From an uncultured Syntrophobacteraceae bacterium (GTDB lineage: Bacteria > Desulfobacterota > Syntrophobacteria > Syntrophobacterales > Syntrophobacteraceae): DNA of 60,670 bases. The notes beneath the pieces were generated by a model, which saw only the letters and a list, made by a program, of their open reading frames with translations, was not told the origin of the DNA and did no database searches. Both the position numbers and the translations under genes were made by a program. Below, piece by piece: positions 36,725 to 46,530 of this stretch. The DNA lies in NCBI GenBank assembly GCA_964527905.1, contig CAZGQL010000005.1, forward strand, positions 1-60,670, written 5' to 3'. Each line of letters opens with the position of its first letter. Position 1 is the first letter of the stretch.

Positions 36725-36781
36725 AAACAAATCGACCAGGGTGTGGCAGGCGAAGGCCGGCCAACCCTGGTCGATTTGTTT
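36725..36781. terminator. Bidirectional terminator between convergent flgL and flgM (18-bp perfect inverted repeat)
   Basis: AAACAAATCGACCAGGGT-N21-ACCCTGGTCGATTTGTTT. The T-rich 3' arm continues (TTTGTTTGT / TTTGTTTTGG) on both strands. Confidence 0.75.
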
Positions 36782-36796
36782 GTGGGCGAGGTTCCC

Positions 36797-37090
36797 TCAC
36801 CACAATTCTTCGAGCATCTTTTGTGCGATCTTCTCCGGATCGATTTCGTACTGGTTGTTTTCAATCAGGTTGCGAATTTGATCAACGCGATCCATGCGGA
36901 GCTCCCCACCCTCCATCACAACTTTCCTTGCCTGAGTCATCTCCTGATACCTATCCGAGAGCTTCACGCTGTCAGCCTCCACCCGAGGATCACCTCCCGG
37001 CTTGCGGTCGACCTGTGCGACTCGGGAGTTTTGCTCCTGAGGCTGTTGTATGCCTTGGGTGCCATAGGGAATGGTTTTTCTGATCTCCAT
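36797..37090 (-). CDS. flgM: Anti-sigma-28 factor FlgM
   Basis: A 97-aa protein with C-terminal RMDRVDQIRNLIENNQYEIDPEKIAQKMLEE, the typical FlgM sigma-binding helix. Confidence 0.85.
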   Translation of the reverse strand: MEIRKTIPYGTQGIQQPQEQNSRVAQVDRKPGGDPRVEADSVKLSDRYQEMTQARKVVMEGGELRMDRVDQIRNLIENNQYEIDPEKIAQKMLEELW

Positions 37091-37197
37091 GCTAGATCCT
37101 CATCCTGAAGCGCGGTGCGAATGGAATGATGCCGAAACCGTGAATCCTTACGCCCATCCTATCCCTGCCCGAGACCATTGGCAAGACCGGAATCGCC

Positions 37198-37401
37198 TCA
37201 TGTCTGACGAGCCTGTTCCAAGGCTTGCGTAGCAACTCGATCCATGATCATGCGGCGTCGGGCCTCATCGGAGATAGTCACCCTTTCCTGAGGACTCGTT
37301 CCATCCTCGGATTCGCTCCGGCTGCCAGGCCGCTTCGATCGCTGCAGTTGCTTGCAGTACGTTCGAAGCACGCTTTGGACACGATAGTCGGTGATGACCA
37401 T
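37198..37401 (-). CDS. Small conserved-looking hypothetical protein (67 aa) upstream of flgM
   Basis: MVITDYRVQSVLRTYCKQLQRSKRPGSRSESEDGTSPQERVTISDEARRRMIMDRVATQALEQARQT. GGAGTAGGAG SD. The sigma28 promoter lies directly upstream. Confidence 0.55.
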   Translation of the reverse strand: MVITDYRVQSVLRTYCKQLQRSKRPGSRSESEDGTSPQERVTISDEARRRMIMDRVATQALEQARQT

Positions 37402-37423
37402 GGCTCCTACTCCTTCGCTATTC

Positions 37424-37451
37424 CTATCGGTCCGGCATCCGGCCCACTTGA
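37424..37451 (-). promoter_or_regulatory. sigma28 promoter for the small ORF-flgM unit: TCAAG-N15-ACCGATAG
   Basis: On the minus strand: CTCAAGTGGGCCGGATGCCGGACCGATAGG, with a 16-nt TCAA-to-8-mer spacing. Confidence 0.65.
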
Positions 37452-37535
37452 GGGAAAAAGGAGCACGATCACTGGCGCGCAGGTTGATGGCATGCGGCAT
37501 CACACCACCCAGCCATGGCTCTCTACACCCTGGGG

Positions 37536-38594
37536 CTAAAAACCGAAGTCCGCGAGCAAGCTGTCCACATCATCCTGGGAATGAAGGGCATCGATCTTCC
37601 CCTTGTGCGCGGGACCGTATAGGTCATCCTGCTCCACCTCGACCTGTTCTTCCCTCACACCGAAGACCTTGACCAAGTTCACCAGTCTTGTCTCGAGGTC
37701 TTTCAAAAGGGTCAGGACTCTCTGGATGATCTGCCCCGTCAGATCCTGGAAATCCTGTGCCATCAAGATGCTGACCAGATCATCCCGGGATAGGCCGGCC
37801 GACGATGCGAGGTGCTCCGTGACGGTGGCCGCCTCGTTGAGGTGGGCCTTCGCTTTTGGGCCGATCGCCTTCAGGACGTCCAGAATCTCCCCGAGGCGTT
37901 TGATTCGTTTGATGTCCTCCTCGTTTCTCCCCTGCATGGCTTCGACCTTGTCCAGCGTGGTGTTGGCCGCCCTTTCGGTGATCTCCAGGATGTGTTCCAG
38001 GCGAGATCCGGAATCGGGAAGCTTTTCCTCCACGAGGATGCGAAAAGCTGGATCCAGGGTTTCCGTCAAGTCGGAAAGCGAGGTGTGAAACTCGCGGGCC
38101 AGCTGGCCGATCTCGACGAACAACTCTCGCTGGGACTGCTGGTCGGCGAAACGTCGGAGGAGATCGCGACAACGGGCAAGATCCCCTTCGCAAAAGGCCT
38201 GCATGAACTGCTTGGTCGTTTGCAGGATTCGGTCGATTTCCTCATCGCTTCGGTACCCCTGCACCTCGCTGGAACTCCCAGCTTCTCCATCCGGGACGCC
38301 TGAACACAGCAGTGCCTCGATCCGTTCCACCAGAGCAGGAGAGGATTCAAAATGCACGGAGAATTTGACGAGTCCGTTTTCATTGGGATGAACGACCATT
38401 ACTCCGCCGAGACCCGCCATGATCGCTTCAACCCTTGAGAGGGCTTCCATCGTGCGGGGACTTGCCGAGTGGATGGGTTCGGCAACCGCGGCAGAAGGTT
38501 TCGCCTCAATGTTCGCCACCAGGGTTGACTGGTGGTCCACACAAGGGACAGCCCTATCCGCGTGACCCATGCCGGATGTCTCAAGACCATTCAT
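37536..38594 (-). CDS. cheZ: CheY-P phosphatase CheZ with a ~140-aa N-terminal extension
   Basis: Catalytic region ILMAQDFQDLTGQIIQRV and C-terminal CheY-binding peptide SQDDVDSLLADFGF. It is 352 aa versus about 210 aa for classical CheZ. Confidence 0.8.
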   Translation of the reverse strand: MNGLETSGMGHADRAVPCVDHQSTLVANIEAKPSAAVAEPIHSASPRTMEALSRVEAIMAGLGGVMVVHPNENGLVKFSVHFESSPALVERIEALLCSGVPDGEAGSSSEVQGYRSDEEIDRILQTTKQFMQAFCEGDLARCRDLLRRFADQQSQRELFVEIGQLAREFHTSLSDLTETLDPAFRILVEEKLPDSGSRLEHILEITERAANTTLDKVEAMQGRNEEDIKRIKRLGEILDVLKAIGPKAKAHLNEAATVTEHLASSAGLSRDDLVSILMAQDFQDLTGQIIQRVLTLLKDLETRLVNLVKVFGVREEQVEVEQDDLYGPAHKGKIDALHSQDDVDSLLADFGF

Positions 38595-38730
38595 TGACGC
38601 CTACCTTATGAGGGATTGATCAAGTGGTTGCCAAACTCGCCGGGATGTGGCTCCGCCGTGCGACAAGGTCCACGGGACGTCGAGGGAGCTCCGAATGCCA
38701 TGGCGGACCGTGATGCCGGGTTCCGACCTC

Positions 38731-41049
38731 TCAGCGAGGGTTGACCTTGGTTTCATAGTGGGAGACAACCCCCTTGACGTCGATGATCAAGGCTACGCGT
38801 CCATCACCGAGAATCACGCCGCCTGAGACCCCCGGGACGTTCTGCAGGCTGGATCCAAGACTCTTGATCACGACTTCCTGGCGGCCGACGATTTCATCGG
38901 CAAGCAGGCAGTAGGAAGCACCATCTTCATTGACCACCAGCAGCAACCCGTCCCATGGGTCACGGAACCGAGGCTCGACACCAAAGAGGTCGTGGAGCCG
39001 AACGAGGGGCATGAGGGTGTCTCGGACTTTGATGGTCTCTCCTTTGCCATGGACGGTCAGATAGGCCTCTTTCTCGGGGCGGAAGGACTCCTTGAGGGAA
39101 ATGGTCGGGACGATGTAGCGCTCGGTGCCCACCCGTACGATCATGCCGTCGATGATGGCCATGGTCAGCGGCAGTTTGAACTGAAAATGGGATCCTTTCC
39201 CGGGATAGTTGAACACCTCGATTTTACCCCGCAGCCCCTCCACGCTCTTCTTGACCACGTCCATTCCGACGCCTCGCCCCGAAACATCCGTGATGACTTC
39301 CTTCGTCGAGAAACCCGGATGAAAGATGAGGTCATAGATCGCCTTGGGTTCCAACTGATCTTCGGGCGAGATGATTTTCCTGTCGATGGCTTTGGAGCGG
39401 ATCTTTTCGGCGTCGAGGCCGCGACCGTCATCCTTCACGTCGATGAGGATGTTTCCGCCCTTCTGTTCCGCTGCGATCACGATGGTTCCGACCGGATTCT
39501 TGCCGAGGCGCTCCCGCTCCTCCGGTGATTCAATGCCGTGATCGATGGAGTTTCGGATCATATGCACCAGGGGCTCATAAATCTCCTCCACCATGTTGCG
39601 ATCCATTTCCGTATCTTCGCCTTTCATCTCCAACACGGCTTCCTTCCCGGATTTCTTGCATAGATCCCGGACCAGGCGGATCATTTTCTGGAAGGTGCTC
39701 TTGATGGGAACCATGCGCATCGACATGGCGATGCGCTGAAGCTCGTTGGTGATCCGGCGCAGTTGAACGCTGTCTTTCTGATACTTCTGATCCTTGATGT
39801 TTTGCAGGTATTCATTCTGCAAGACCATGGACTGGGCGATCACAAGCTCACCAACCATGTCCACCAGGTTGTCGAGCTTCTGGGTGTCGATGCGGACCGA
39901 TGCCGCATTTTCCTTGGAGATCCTCTGTTCACGGAGGGCGCACGAAACTTCTTTGGCCGAAGCGAGTCCCTCGCTGACCAGTTCCTCGCCGATTTTCCTT
40001 CCCTTCACTTTGCTTTGGGTCGCGGCCTGTTCCACGATATCCGGTTCCACGACTCCCCGGTCGATGAGGATCTCGCCCAGCTTCTTTCCGACCACTCCGG
40101 CACCGCAAGCCTCTCCATCCCGGGAACGTCTGATCTGCTCCAGGAAGACATCGACCGCGGCGCGTGAGGAACGGAGGGGTGTGGACTGGTTGACCGCCGC
40201 GTGCACCAGCTCGAGGAGACCTTTCAGCATGTCCACCGACTGCAGGATGATGTCGATCATGGCGTCCGTGACGATGATCTTCTGAGACCTTGCATCATCC
40301 AGGAGGTTTTCCACTTCATGGGTCAGACGATGAATGTCCTTGAGATTCAAGAAACCGGCCACGCCTTTGATGCTGTGGAACGGACGAAAGACGGCGTTGA
40401 TGGCTTCCATGTTGGACGGGTTTTCTTCCAATGCCAGGATGTTGAGCTCGATGGAAGCCAGGTGTTCATTGGATTCCTCAAGAAAATCCTTTACAAGGTC
40501 CGGATCGAGGAGCGTGGTCGTTTCTTCTTCGGCATCAGAAGCCGTTTCCGGCGTGCCGATGGCGCCGAAAGGATCTTGGCTCGGGGCCGGAGGAGATTCC
40601 TCAGGTTGGGCCGTGGACTCCCCGGGCTTCGATTCCTCCGAGCACACCTCTTCGAGAAGCCGCTGAATGGTTTCCCAGTCGCCGTCGGACGATTGACCCG
40701 GGCTCGCCGCTTCGTCCATGTTTCCGGGGGCAGGGGTCAATGACCGATCCACCGAGACAGAGGTTTCGGAGGAGGGGAGCGCCGTGCACTCGCCGTTGGA
40801 GCCGCTCGCCGAGCAGATGGATTGGATCAGGGACTGTATCTGGGACCAATCCTCCTCGACATTTGGGGATTCCCCGAGAATGACGCCATTAAAGAGGAGC
40901 TTCAATTGATCGATGTTTTCTCCCTGCCCCGGTGCAAGGCTGCCTCCCGATTCCAGTTGCTCGAGGAGGTTCAGGCATTCCCCGATGCCCATCAAGTCAT
41001 CGGGGCCGGCAACGATCCCGTTGGCTAGCTTCGCAATGATTTCCTGCAT
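38731..41049 (-). CDS. cheA: Chemotaxis histidine kinase CheA
   Basis: HPt (FRPFHSIKGVAGFLNL), dimerisation domain, HATPase (DDGRGLD...GRGVGMDVV) and a C-terminal CheW-like domain. GGAGGAA SD. Confidence 0.95.
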   Translation of the reverse strand: MQEIIAKLANGIVAGPDDLMGIGECLNLLEQLESGGSLAPGQGENIDQLKLLFNGVILGESPNVEEDWSQIQSLIQSICSASGSNGECTALPSSETSVSVDRSLTPAPGNMDEAASPGQSSDGDWETIQRLLEEVCSEESKPGESTAQPEESPPAPSQDPFGAIGTPETASDAEEETTTLLDPDLVKDFLEESNEHLASIELNILALEENPSNMEAINAVFRPFHSIKGVAGFLNLKDIHRLTHEVENLLDDARSQKIIVTDAMIDIILQSVDMLKGLLELVHAAVNQSTPLRSSRAAVDVFLEQIRRSRDGEACGAGVVGKKLGEILIDRGVVEPDIVEQAATQSKVKGRKIGEELVSEGLASAKEVSCALREQRISKENAASVRIDTQKLDNLVDMVGELVIAQSMVLQNEYLQNIKDQKYQKDSVQLRRITNELQRIAMSMRMVPIKSTFQKMIRLVRDLCKKSGKEAVLEMKGEDTEMDRNMVEEIYEPLVHMIRNSIDHGIESPEERERLGKNPVGTIVIAAEQKGGNILIDVKDDGRGLDAEKIRSKAIDRKIISPEDQLEPKAIYDLIFHPGFSTKEVITDVSGRGVGMDVVKKSVEGLRGKIEVFNYPGKGSHFQFKLPLTMAIIDGMIVRVGTERYIVPTISLKESFRPEKEAYLTVHGKGETIKVRDTLMPLVRLHDLFGVEPRFRDPWDGLLLVVNEDGASYCLLADEIVGRQEVVIKSLGSSLQNVPGVSGGVILGDGRVALIIDVKGVVSHYETKVNPR

Positions 41050-41209
41050 GACCGTGGTGTTCCTCCGTCCAGTGCGGGATACCCTGTTGGAGGCATCCGC
41101 TCGCGACCGGTCCCGGGCCCCGTTGGAGCGCCCGTGTCGGGTGTCTCTATTGGGTGAGAAAGACGTTACAGCCCTGCGGCTGGAGTTGCATGCGCCGCGC
41201 GTCGATTCG

Positions 41210-41590
41210 CTACGGTGGCAGGATCTTGGCTAGCTTTTCCGCCAAGGTCGCAGCCGTGAAGGGTTTGACGATGTAGTTGCTGACCTTCGCCTTCACCGCT
41301 TCGATGATGTTTTCCTTCTGGGCTTCGGCGGTGATCATCAAGAAGGGGAGTTCCTTGAGATTGTCGTTGGAGCGCACATATTTCAACAGTTCGATCCCGC
41401 TCATTTTGGGCATGTTCCAGTCCGATACCACCAGGTCGACTTTTTGACTGGACAGGACCTGAACAGCAGTGGTTCCATCCTCTGCTTCCAGCACGTTCTT
41501 GAATTCAAGATCCCTGAGGATGTTCTTGACAATGCGACGCATGGTTGAAAAGTCATCAACGACCAGGGCGGTCATGTCCTTGTAAGCCAT
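41210..41590 (-). CDS. cheY: Chemotaxis response regulator CheY
   Basis: ALVVDDFSTMRRIVKNIL...DLVVSDWNMPKMSGIELL...LMITAEAQKENIIEAVKAKVSNYIVKPFT. Confidence 0.9.
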   Translation of the reverse strand: MAYKDMTALVVDDFSTMRRIVKNILRDLEFKNVLEAEDGTTAVQVLSSQKVDLVVSDWNMPKMSGIELLKYVRSNDNLKELPFLMITAEAQKENIIEAVKAKVSNYIVKPFTAATLAEKLAKILPP

Positions 41591-41655
41591 CTTCTACTCC
41601 TTGTTGACATTGCATCCCAGAATAACAGGCGAAGCCCATCTTGGCTTAACGGACC

Positions 41656-42819
<1,164 letters not shown>

Positions 42820-42825
42820 CTATGG

Positions 42826-43272
42826 TCAGGATCGGACTTGATCTTCCCAGAGCACGACACCGGCGAAATCGCCCATGAACGCAAGTTGCACACGGGACGA
42901 CACGGTCTCCATTTCACCCTCATACGCTTCAAAGGACGGAATGCCCAAATGGAACCCGTCCTCATCCAGTCGGTCGAGAAAATTACCGCCCACCATATTG
43001 GCCAGTTCGCGCATCACGTCGGCCAGATCCTCTTCCTGGATTTCTTCCTCATCGATTCCCAGAAAATTGGCGGCGGCCATTCGCGCAAAATCCGCGGCCA
43101 ACCGGAAACGGAGTTCGATGGCCTTGGCATGGTTGAAGATCTGAATTTTCGAGTCCCGGTAAACGGTGTTGGGTGGTGGATTCCAATCGGCAACGTCCAC
43201 GGATACGAAGAACATCGTCTCCAAAACTTCAGAAATCGCCTTCATCATTGCCAGTCGAGGTTCCATCGCCAT
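42826..43272 (-). CDS. cheX: CheX/CheC-like chemotaxis phosphatase-family protein
   Basis: MAMEPRLAMMKAISEVLETMFFVSV...DLADVMRELANMVGGNFL... (148 aa). GGAGAAAG SD. It overlaps the preceding REC gene by 44 nt. Confidence 0.6.
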   Translation of the reverse strand: MAMEPRLAMMKAISEVLETMFFVSVDVADWNPPPNTVYRDSKIQIFNHAKAIELRFRLAADFARMAAANFLGIDEEEIQEEDLADVMRELANMVGGNFLDRLDEDGFHLGIPSFEAYEGEMETVSSRVQLAFMGDFAGVVLWEDQVRS

Positions 43273-43651
43273 CACTTTCTCCGATGATTGCATACAGGTG
43301 TGCTCGGATTTCTTCTGGTTTGAAGGGCTTTCGAATGTACCCACGGGCTCCCAGGGACAGTGCCTCCTGGATCCGATCCTCATTGGACTCCGTCGTGACC
43401 AACACCACGGGGAGATCGCTCCAGTCTTCATGCTCGCGCAGCGCACGCAGCAACCCGAATCCGTCCATCACCGGCATGTGGATGTCCGAGAGGATCAAGT
43501 CCACCCAGTTGCGCTCCAGAACGCTGAGCGCCTCCTCGCCGTTGCCGGCCTCCAGACACTCACCCATTCTGAATCCTGACACCACGAGGATCTTGCGCAG
43601 GATCTGGCGCATGGACTTCGAATCGTCAACAATCAAAATATTGTACGGCAT
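43229..43651 (-). CDS. Stand-alone receiver-domain protein (second CheY-like response regulator)
   Basis: MPYNILIVDDSKSMRQILRKIL...DLILSDIHMPVMDGFGLL...VVLVTTESNEDRIQEALSLGARGYIRKPF. Confidence 0.85.
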   Translation of the reverse strand: MPYNILIVDDSKSMRQILRKILVVSGFRMGECLEAGNGEEALSVLERNWVDLILSDIHMPVMDGFGLLRALREHEDWSDLPVVLVTTESNEDRIQEALSLGARGYIRKPFKPEEIRAHLYAIIGESDGDGTSTGNDEGDF

Positions 43652-43675
43652 GTCGGTTCGCCTCGCATGAGTCGC

Positions 43676-44155
43676 TCAGAGTTCAAATTCCCCCATTCCA
43701 GAAACCTTCAGGATCACCCGGCCCGTGCACAAGTCCAGGCGCACGGTTCGGTTCACGTTTCCACCCACATGTTCCGCGGAAACCATCACGTTGTTTTTCC
43801 AAAACAATTTTCTGAGGGCCAGGTAGTTGCGTTTGCCGATGTTGAAGACCCCGTTTTCGTCCATAATCTGAGCGCCGCCCACAACCTTGACCACCATGTT
43901 CTTTTTAGATGCTCCCAGTTGATAGCTTTGCTTGAATAGACTTGGAACGCCGGTGTCGGCAAACATCGCAGGATTTTTTTTCGCCTTCTCTGGATCCATG
44001 CTGGATTCAGGCAGCATATAATGAAGCATGCCACCCACCTTTACGGTTGGGTCGTATATGACCACGGCAATGCAAGACCCGAGGGAGTATGTTATCAGCT
44101 CTTCACCTGAGTTGTTGCTCACTGCAAGATCTGCGACACCGATAATCTTCTTCAT
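43676..44155 (-). CDS. cheD: Chemoreceptor glutamine deamidase CheD
   Basis: LITYSLGSCIAVVIYDPTVKVGGMLHYMLPES... Confidence 0.9.
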   Translation of the reverse strand: MKKIIGVADLAVSNNSGEELITYSLGSCIAVVIYDPTVKVGGMLHYMLPESSMDPEKAKKNPAMFADTGVPSLFKQSYQLGASKKNMVVKVVGGAQIMDENGVFNIGKRNYLALRKLFWKNNVMVSAEHVGGNVNRTVRLDLCTGRVILKVSGMGEFEL

Positions 44156-44189
44156 TAGTTTGGATCTCTATGAGAAGTAGTCAAGTCTA

Positions 44190-45047
44190 TTATTTCCTGT
44201 AAACAGCTGGACGAACATATTTCATATTGTGATTCAATCCCATTAAACTTTCAGAATGTCCAACAAATAAATATCCTCCAGGAATCAAATAATTAGACAT
44301 TTTTTGTATCAAAGATTCCTGAGTTCTCTTATCAAAATAGATCATTACATTCCGGCAAAAGATGAAATCAAATGGGCCTTTGAAAGGATAAGTCTCATTC
44401 AAATTCAATCGTGCAAACTTGACGATGTTCTTCAAGAGAGGAACGACTTCGTGACTATCCGGGCTGACGCTTTTTCCGGAAGGCTTTCTAAAGTATTGCT
44501 TCCGCAGGTCAGGACGTACTCGTTGCAGCTTATCCGCTGGGTAGATCCCTGCCTTGGCGACGTTGAGGGCGCGAGTGGATATGTCGGTCGCCAAGATCTT
44601 GAAATCAAACCGTTCCGGATCCTTCACGTGCTCCAAGACGGCCATCGCCAGGCTGTAAGGCTCTTCCCCGGTGGAGCAGCCGGCACTCCATACCCTCATG
44701 CGCGGGGGGCCCTGTTTTTCCTTCGCCGCCAGGAGTTCGGGAATGATTTGAGCGAGGAAGTCAAAATGCTGTGGCTCCCGAAAGAAATACGTCAAATTGG
44801 TCGAGATGCAGTCAAGGAAATGAACGATCTCCTCGCCGCTTTCCGTCGATGTCAGATACTGAAAGTAGCTCTCGTAGGAGGCAAACCCGGTGATTCTCAG
44901 CCTCTTGTTCAACCTTGCCTGCAGCAGGGACTTCTTGCCCTCGTGCAGATTGATGCCGCACTCGCGGTAAACCAGTTCGCTGAATTGACTGAAAAGGCGA
45001 TCCGACAACACCATGATTCCACTCGTAGCCACGACGGTTGATTGCAC
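44190..45047 (-). CDS. cheR: Chemotaxis methyltransferase CheR
   Basis: FFREPQHFDFL...RVWSAGCSTGEEPYSLAM...ILATDIS...IFCRNVMIYFD. Confidence 0.95.
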   Translation of the reverse strand: MQSTVVATSGIMVLSDRLFSQFSELVYRECGINLHEGKKSLLQARLNKRLRITGFASYESYFQYLTSTESGEEIVHFLDCISTNLTYFFREPQHFDFLAQIIPELLAAKEKQGPPRMRVWSAGCSTGEEPYSLAMAVLEHVKDPERFDFKILATDISTRALNVAKAGIYPADKLQRVRPDLRKQYFRKPSGKSVSPDSHEVVPLLKNIVKFARLNLNETYPFKGPFDFIFCRNVMIYFDKRTQESLIQKMSNYLIPGGYLFVGHSESLMGLNHNMKYVRPAVYRK

Positions 45048-45134
45048 ACACGAAGACCGCGTTCATGCAGCTGATTGTCCACTCGACGCCGGGATCCTTG
45101 ATCCATGCAGGTTTGCAGGCTGGCGTTGCCCAGT

Positions 45135-45162
45135 TAATCGGCAGCGGGTCAAGGCATCTTGA
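45135..45162 (-). promoter_or_regulatory. sigma28 promoter upstream of the cheR operon: TCAAG-N15-GCCGATTA
   Basis: On the minus strand: ATCAAGATGCCTTGACCCGCTGCCGATTAAC, with a 16-nt spacing; about 88 nt upstream of the cheR ATG. Confidence 0.7.
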
Positions 45163-45231
45163 TATGAAAAATCCGTGCCGATGTGCGGGCGAAAGGCGCG
45201 GTTATGTTTCGTGTGGCAAAGCGGGAACGGT

Positions 45232-45672
45232 CTACGGGGAGGATTGGCGTTGCTTTCGGGGTGGTTTTACAGGGGGAGACGGCGGTGGGGCCCCATGCTT
45301 GTCCCGCGGGTAGAGGTTGAGGTTGAGGTTGTTGAGCAATTCCCAGGAGCGTTCCTCGCGGTCCAACTGCTCCCGCCGGTCGCATTCACCATCGCTCGGG
45401 GGCGATCCGGCCTCGTACCGGACGGCATTGTCGGTCTCCCACATCCTCGCCAAATGGGGGGGTGTCCCTAAACCTTCCAAAGCCCTGTTTTGAGCCGATC
45501 GGTTCCGCGACACCAAAATTCCGCCTGAGTTCAGCACCCATTGCCCGGTGTCCGGCATTCCCTCCAAGGCGGTGCAACCCAGGATCAGCAGCGCCAGGAT
45601 CCCGGACCGGTATCGCAAGAGGTATCCGTGTCGGGGAGGCTTCCCGATCACAGGTAATCGCCCCGCTTCCAT
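45232..45672 (-). CDS. Hypothetical lipoprotein
   Basis: RYRSGILALLILGC has a lipobox-like signal. The rest has no recognisable family. It overlaps the upstream ORF by 25 nt. Confidence 0.45.
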   Translation of the reverse strand: MEAGRLPVIGKPPRHGYLLRYRSGILALLILGCTALEGMPDTGQWVLNSGGILVSRNRSAQNRALEGLGTPPHLARMWETDNAVRYEAGSPPSDGECDRREQLDREERSWELLNNLNLNLYPRDKHGAPPPSPPVKPPRKQRQSSP

Positions 45673-46118
45673 TTGATAGACTCCACGTAGGCCAACACCT
45701 CAAACTCGTCCGCAACGGTTTTCAAGGGATCCGTACTCGCAAGGCCGCCCAGTTCGGACTTCAAGGATTCCGACTCCTTGACCAGGAGCTCGATGACGCT
45801 CTCAACCTTTTTGGGGTTACCCTCAGCGGAATCCAGCAGGGCCTGAACCTGTTGCAGTCGATTTTCCAAGTTCCTTTCGAGGCCGTGGTCTTCGATGCGG
45901 GAGAACCCTGGAAGCGGGAGGCTGGAAAGCACCTCGTTGCTCTTGGGAATCTCTCCACTTTCGGAAACCTTCTGACTCTTCGCCGGGGTAGTCGCGGTGG
46001 CACCGATCGCTTGATCCAATATGGATTCGAACACGTTGGCACCTTCAGTGCGTCCCTGGCGAGCGGACTCTTGCAATGCCTCAGGCCGCTGTCTTGCGAT
46101 GATTTCGTCGATCTTCAT
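45648..46118 (-). CDS. Hypothetical helical protein (start ambiguous: 46118, 46163 or 46385)
   Basis: MKIDEIIARQRPEALQESARQGRTEG...LENRLQQVQALLDSAEGNPKKVESVIELLVKESESLKSEL...VADEFEVLAYVESIKWKRGDYL. GGGGAGAAGG SD precedes 46118. The in-frame upstream extension also has high third-position GC. Confidence 0.5.
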   Translation of the reverse strand: MKIDEIIARQRPEALQESARQGRTEGANVFESILDQAIGATATTPAKSQKVSESGEIPKSNEVLSSLPLPGFSRIEDHGLERNLENRLQQVQALLDSAEGNPKKVESVIELLVKESESLKSELGGLASTDPLKTVADEFEVLAYVESIKWKRGDYL

Positions 46119-46530
46119 GGCCTTCTCCCCATGGTTCAATCCCCTGTGTGCATCGTACTGCATCGTACCGGCTTCCCTATCCGGACGGGAAACGGCTCGC
46201 AGCGTTCCAGGGAAGCTGAAGGCAAATTCTCTGCCACCCGGTGCCCCCTGTTTCTCGATGCTTGACCTGAGGATCTCGAAGAGGTTGGCTCTGTCGTAAA
46301 CCCTTGTCGCGACTGGTTTCAGACCCGGCCGCACCGGTGTCGAGGGGCGTCTGTCCGAGGTGCCAATCAGCCCGGATGGGTTCATTATGGACGGAAGCAG
46401 GAAAGAAATGCCGCCCGGGGTGGAAGAAGATACCAGTCTGCAGCAAGACCGTTCTGCTCAAAGTGGCAGGCCGGCGTACCGAGGACAAGCCCCCGAGAAG
46501 CACTTCCCGGCATCGAACCGTGATTTACTG

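Noticed and set aside
38595-38730. TGGCA-containing sequences upstream of cheZ as sigma54 promoters
   Set aside because: The GG-to-GC spacing is off by one to two nt and the -12 element is absent. cheZ is more simply explained as the last gene of the che operon.
45313-45330. (GAGGTT)x3 micro-repeat
   Set aside because: There are only three units, and they lie inside the lipoprotein ORF, where they encode LNLNL. It is neither a CRISPR array nor a meaningful tandem array.
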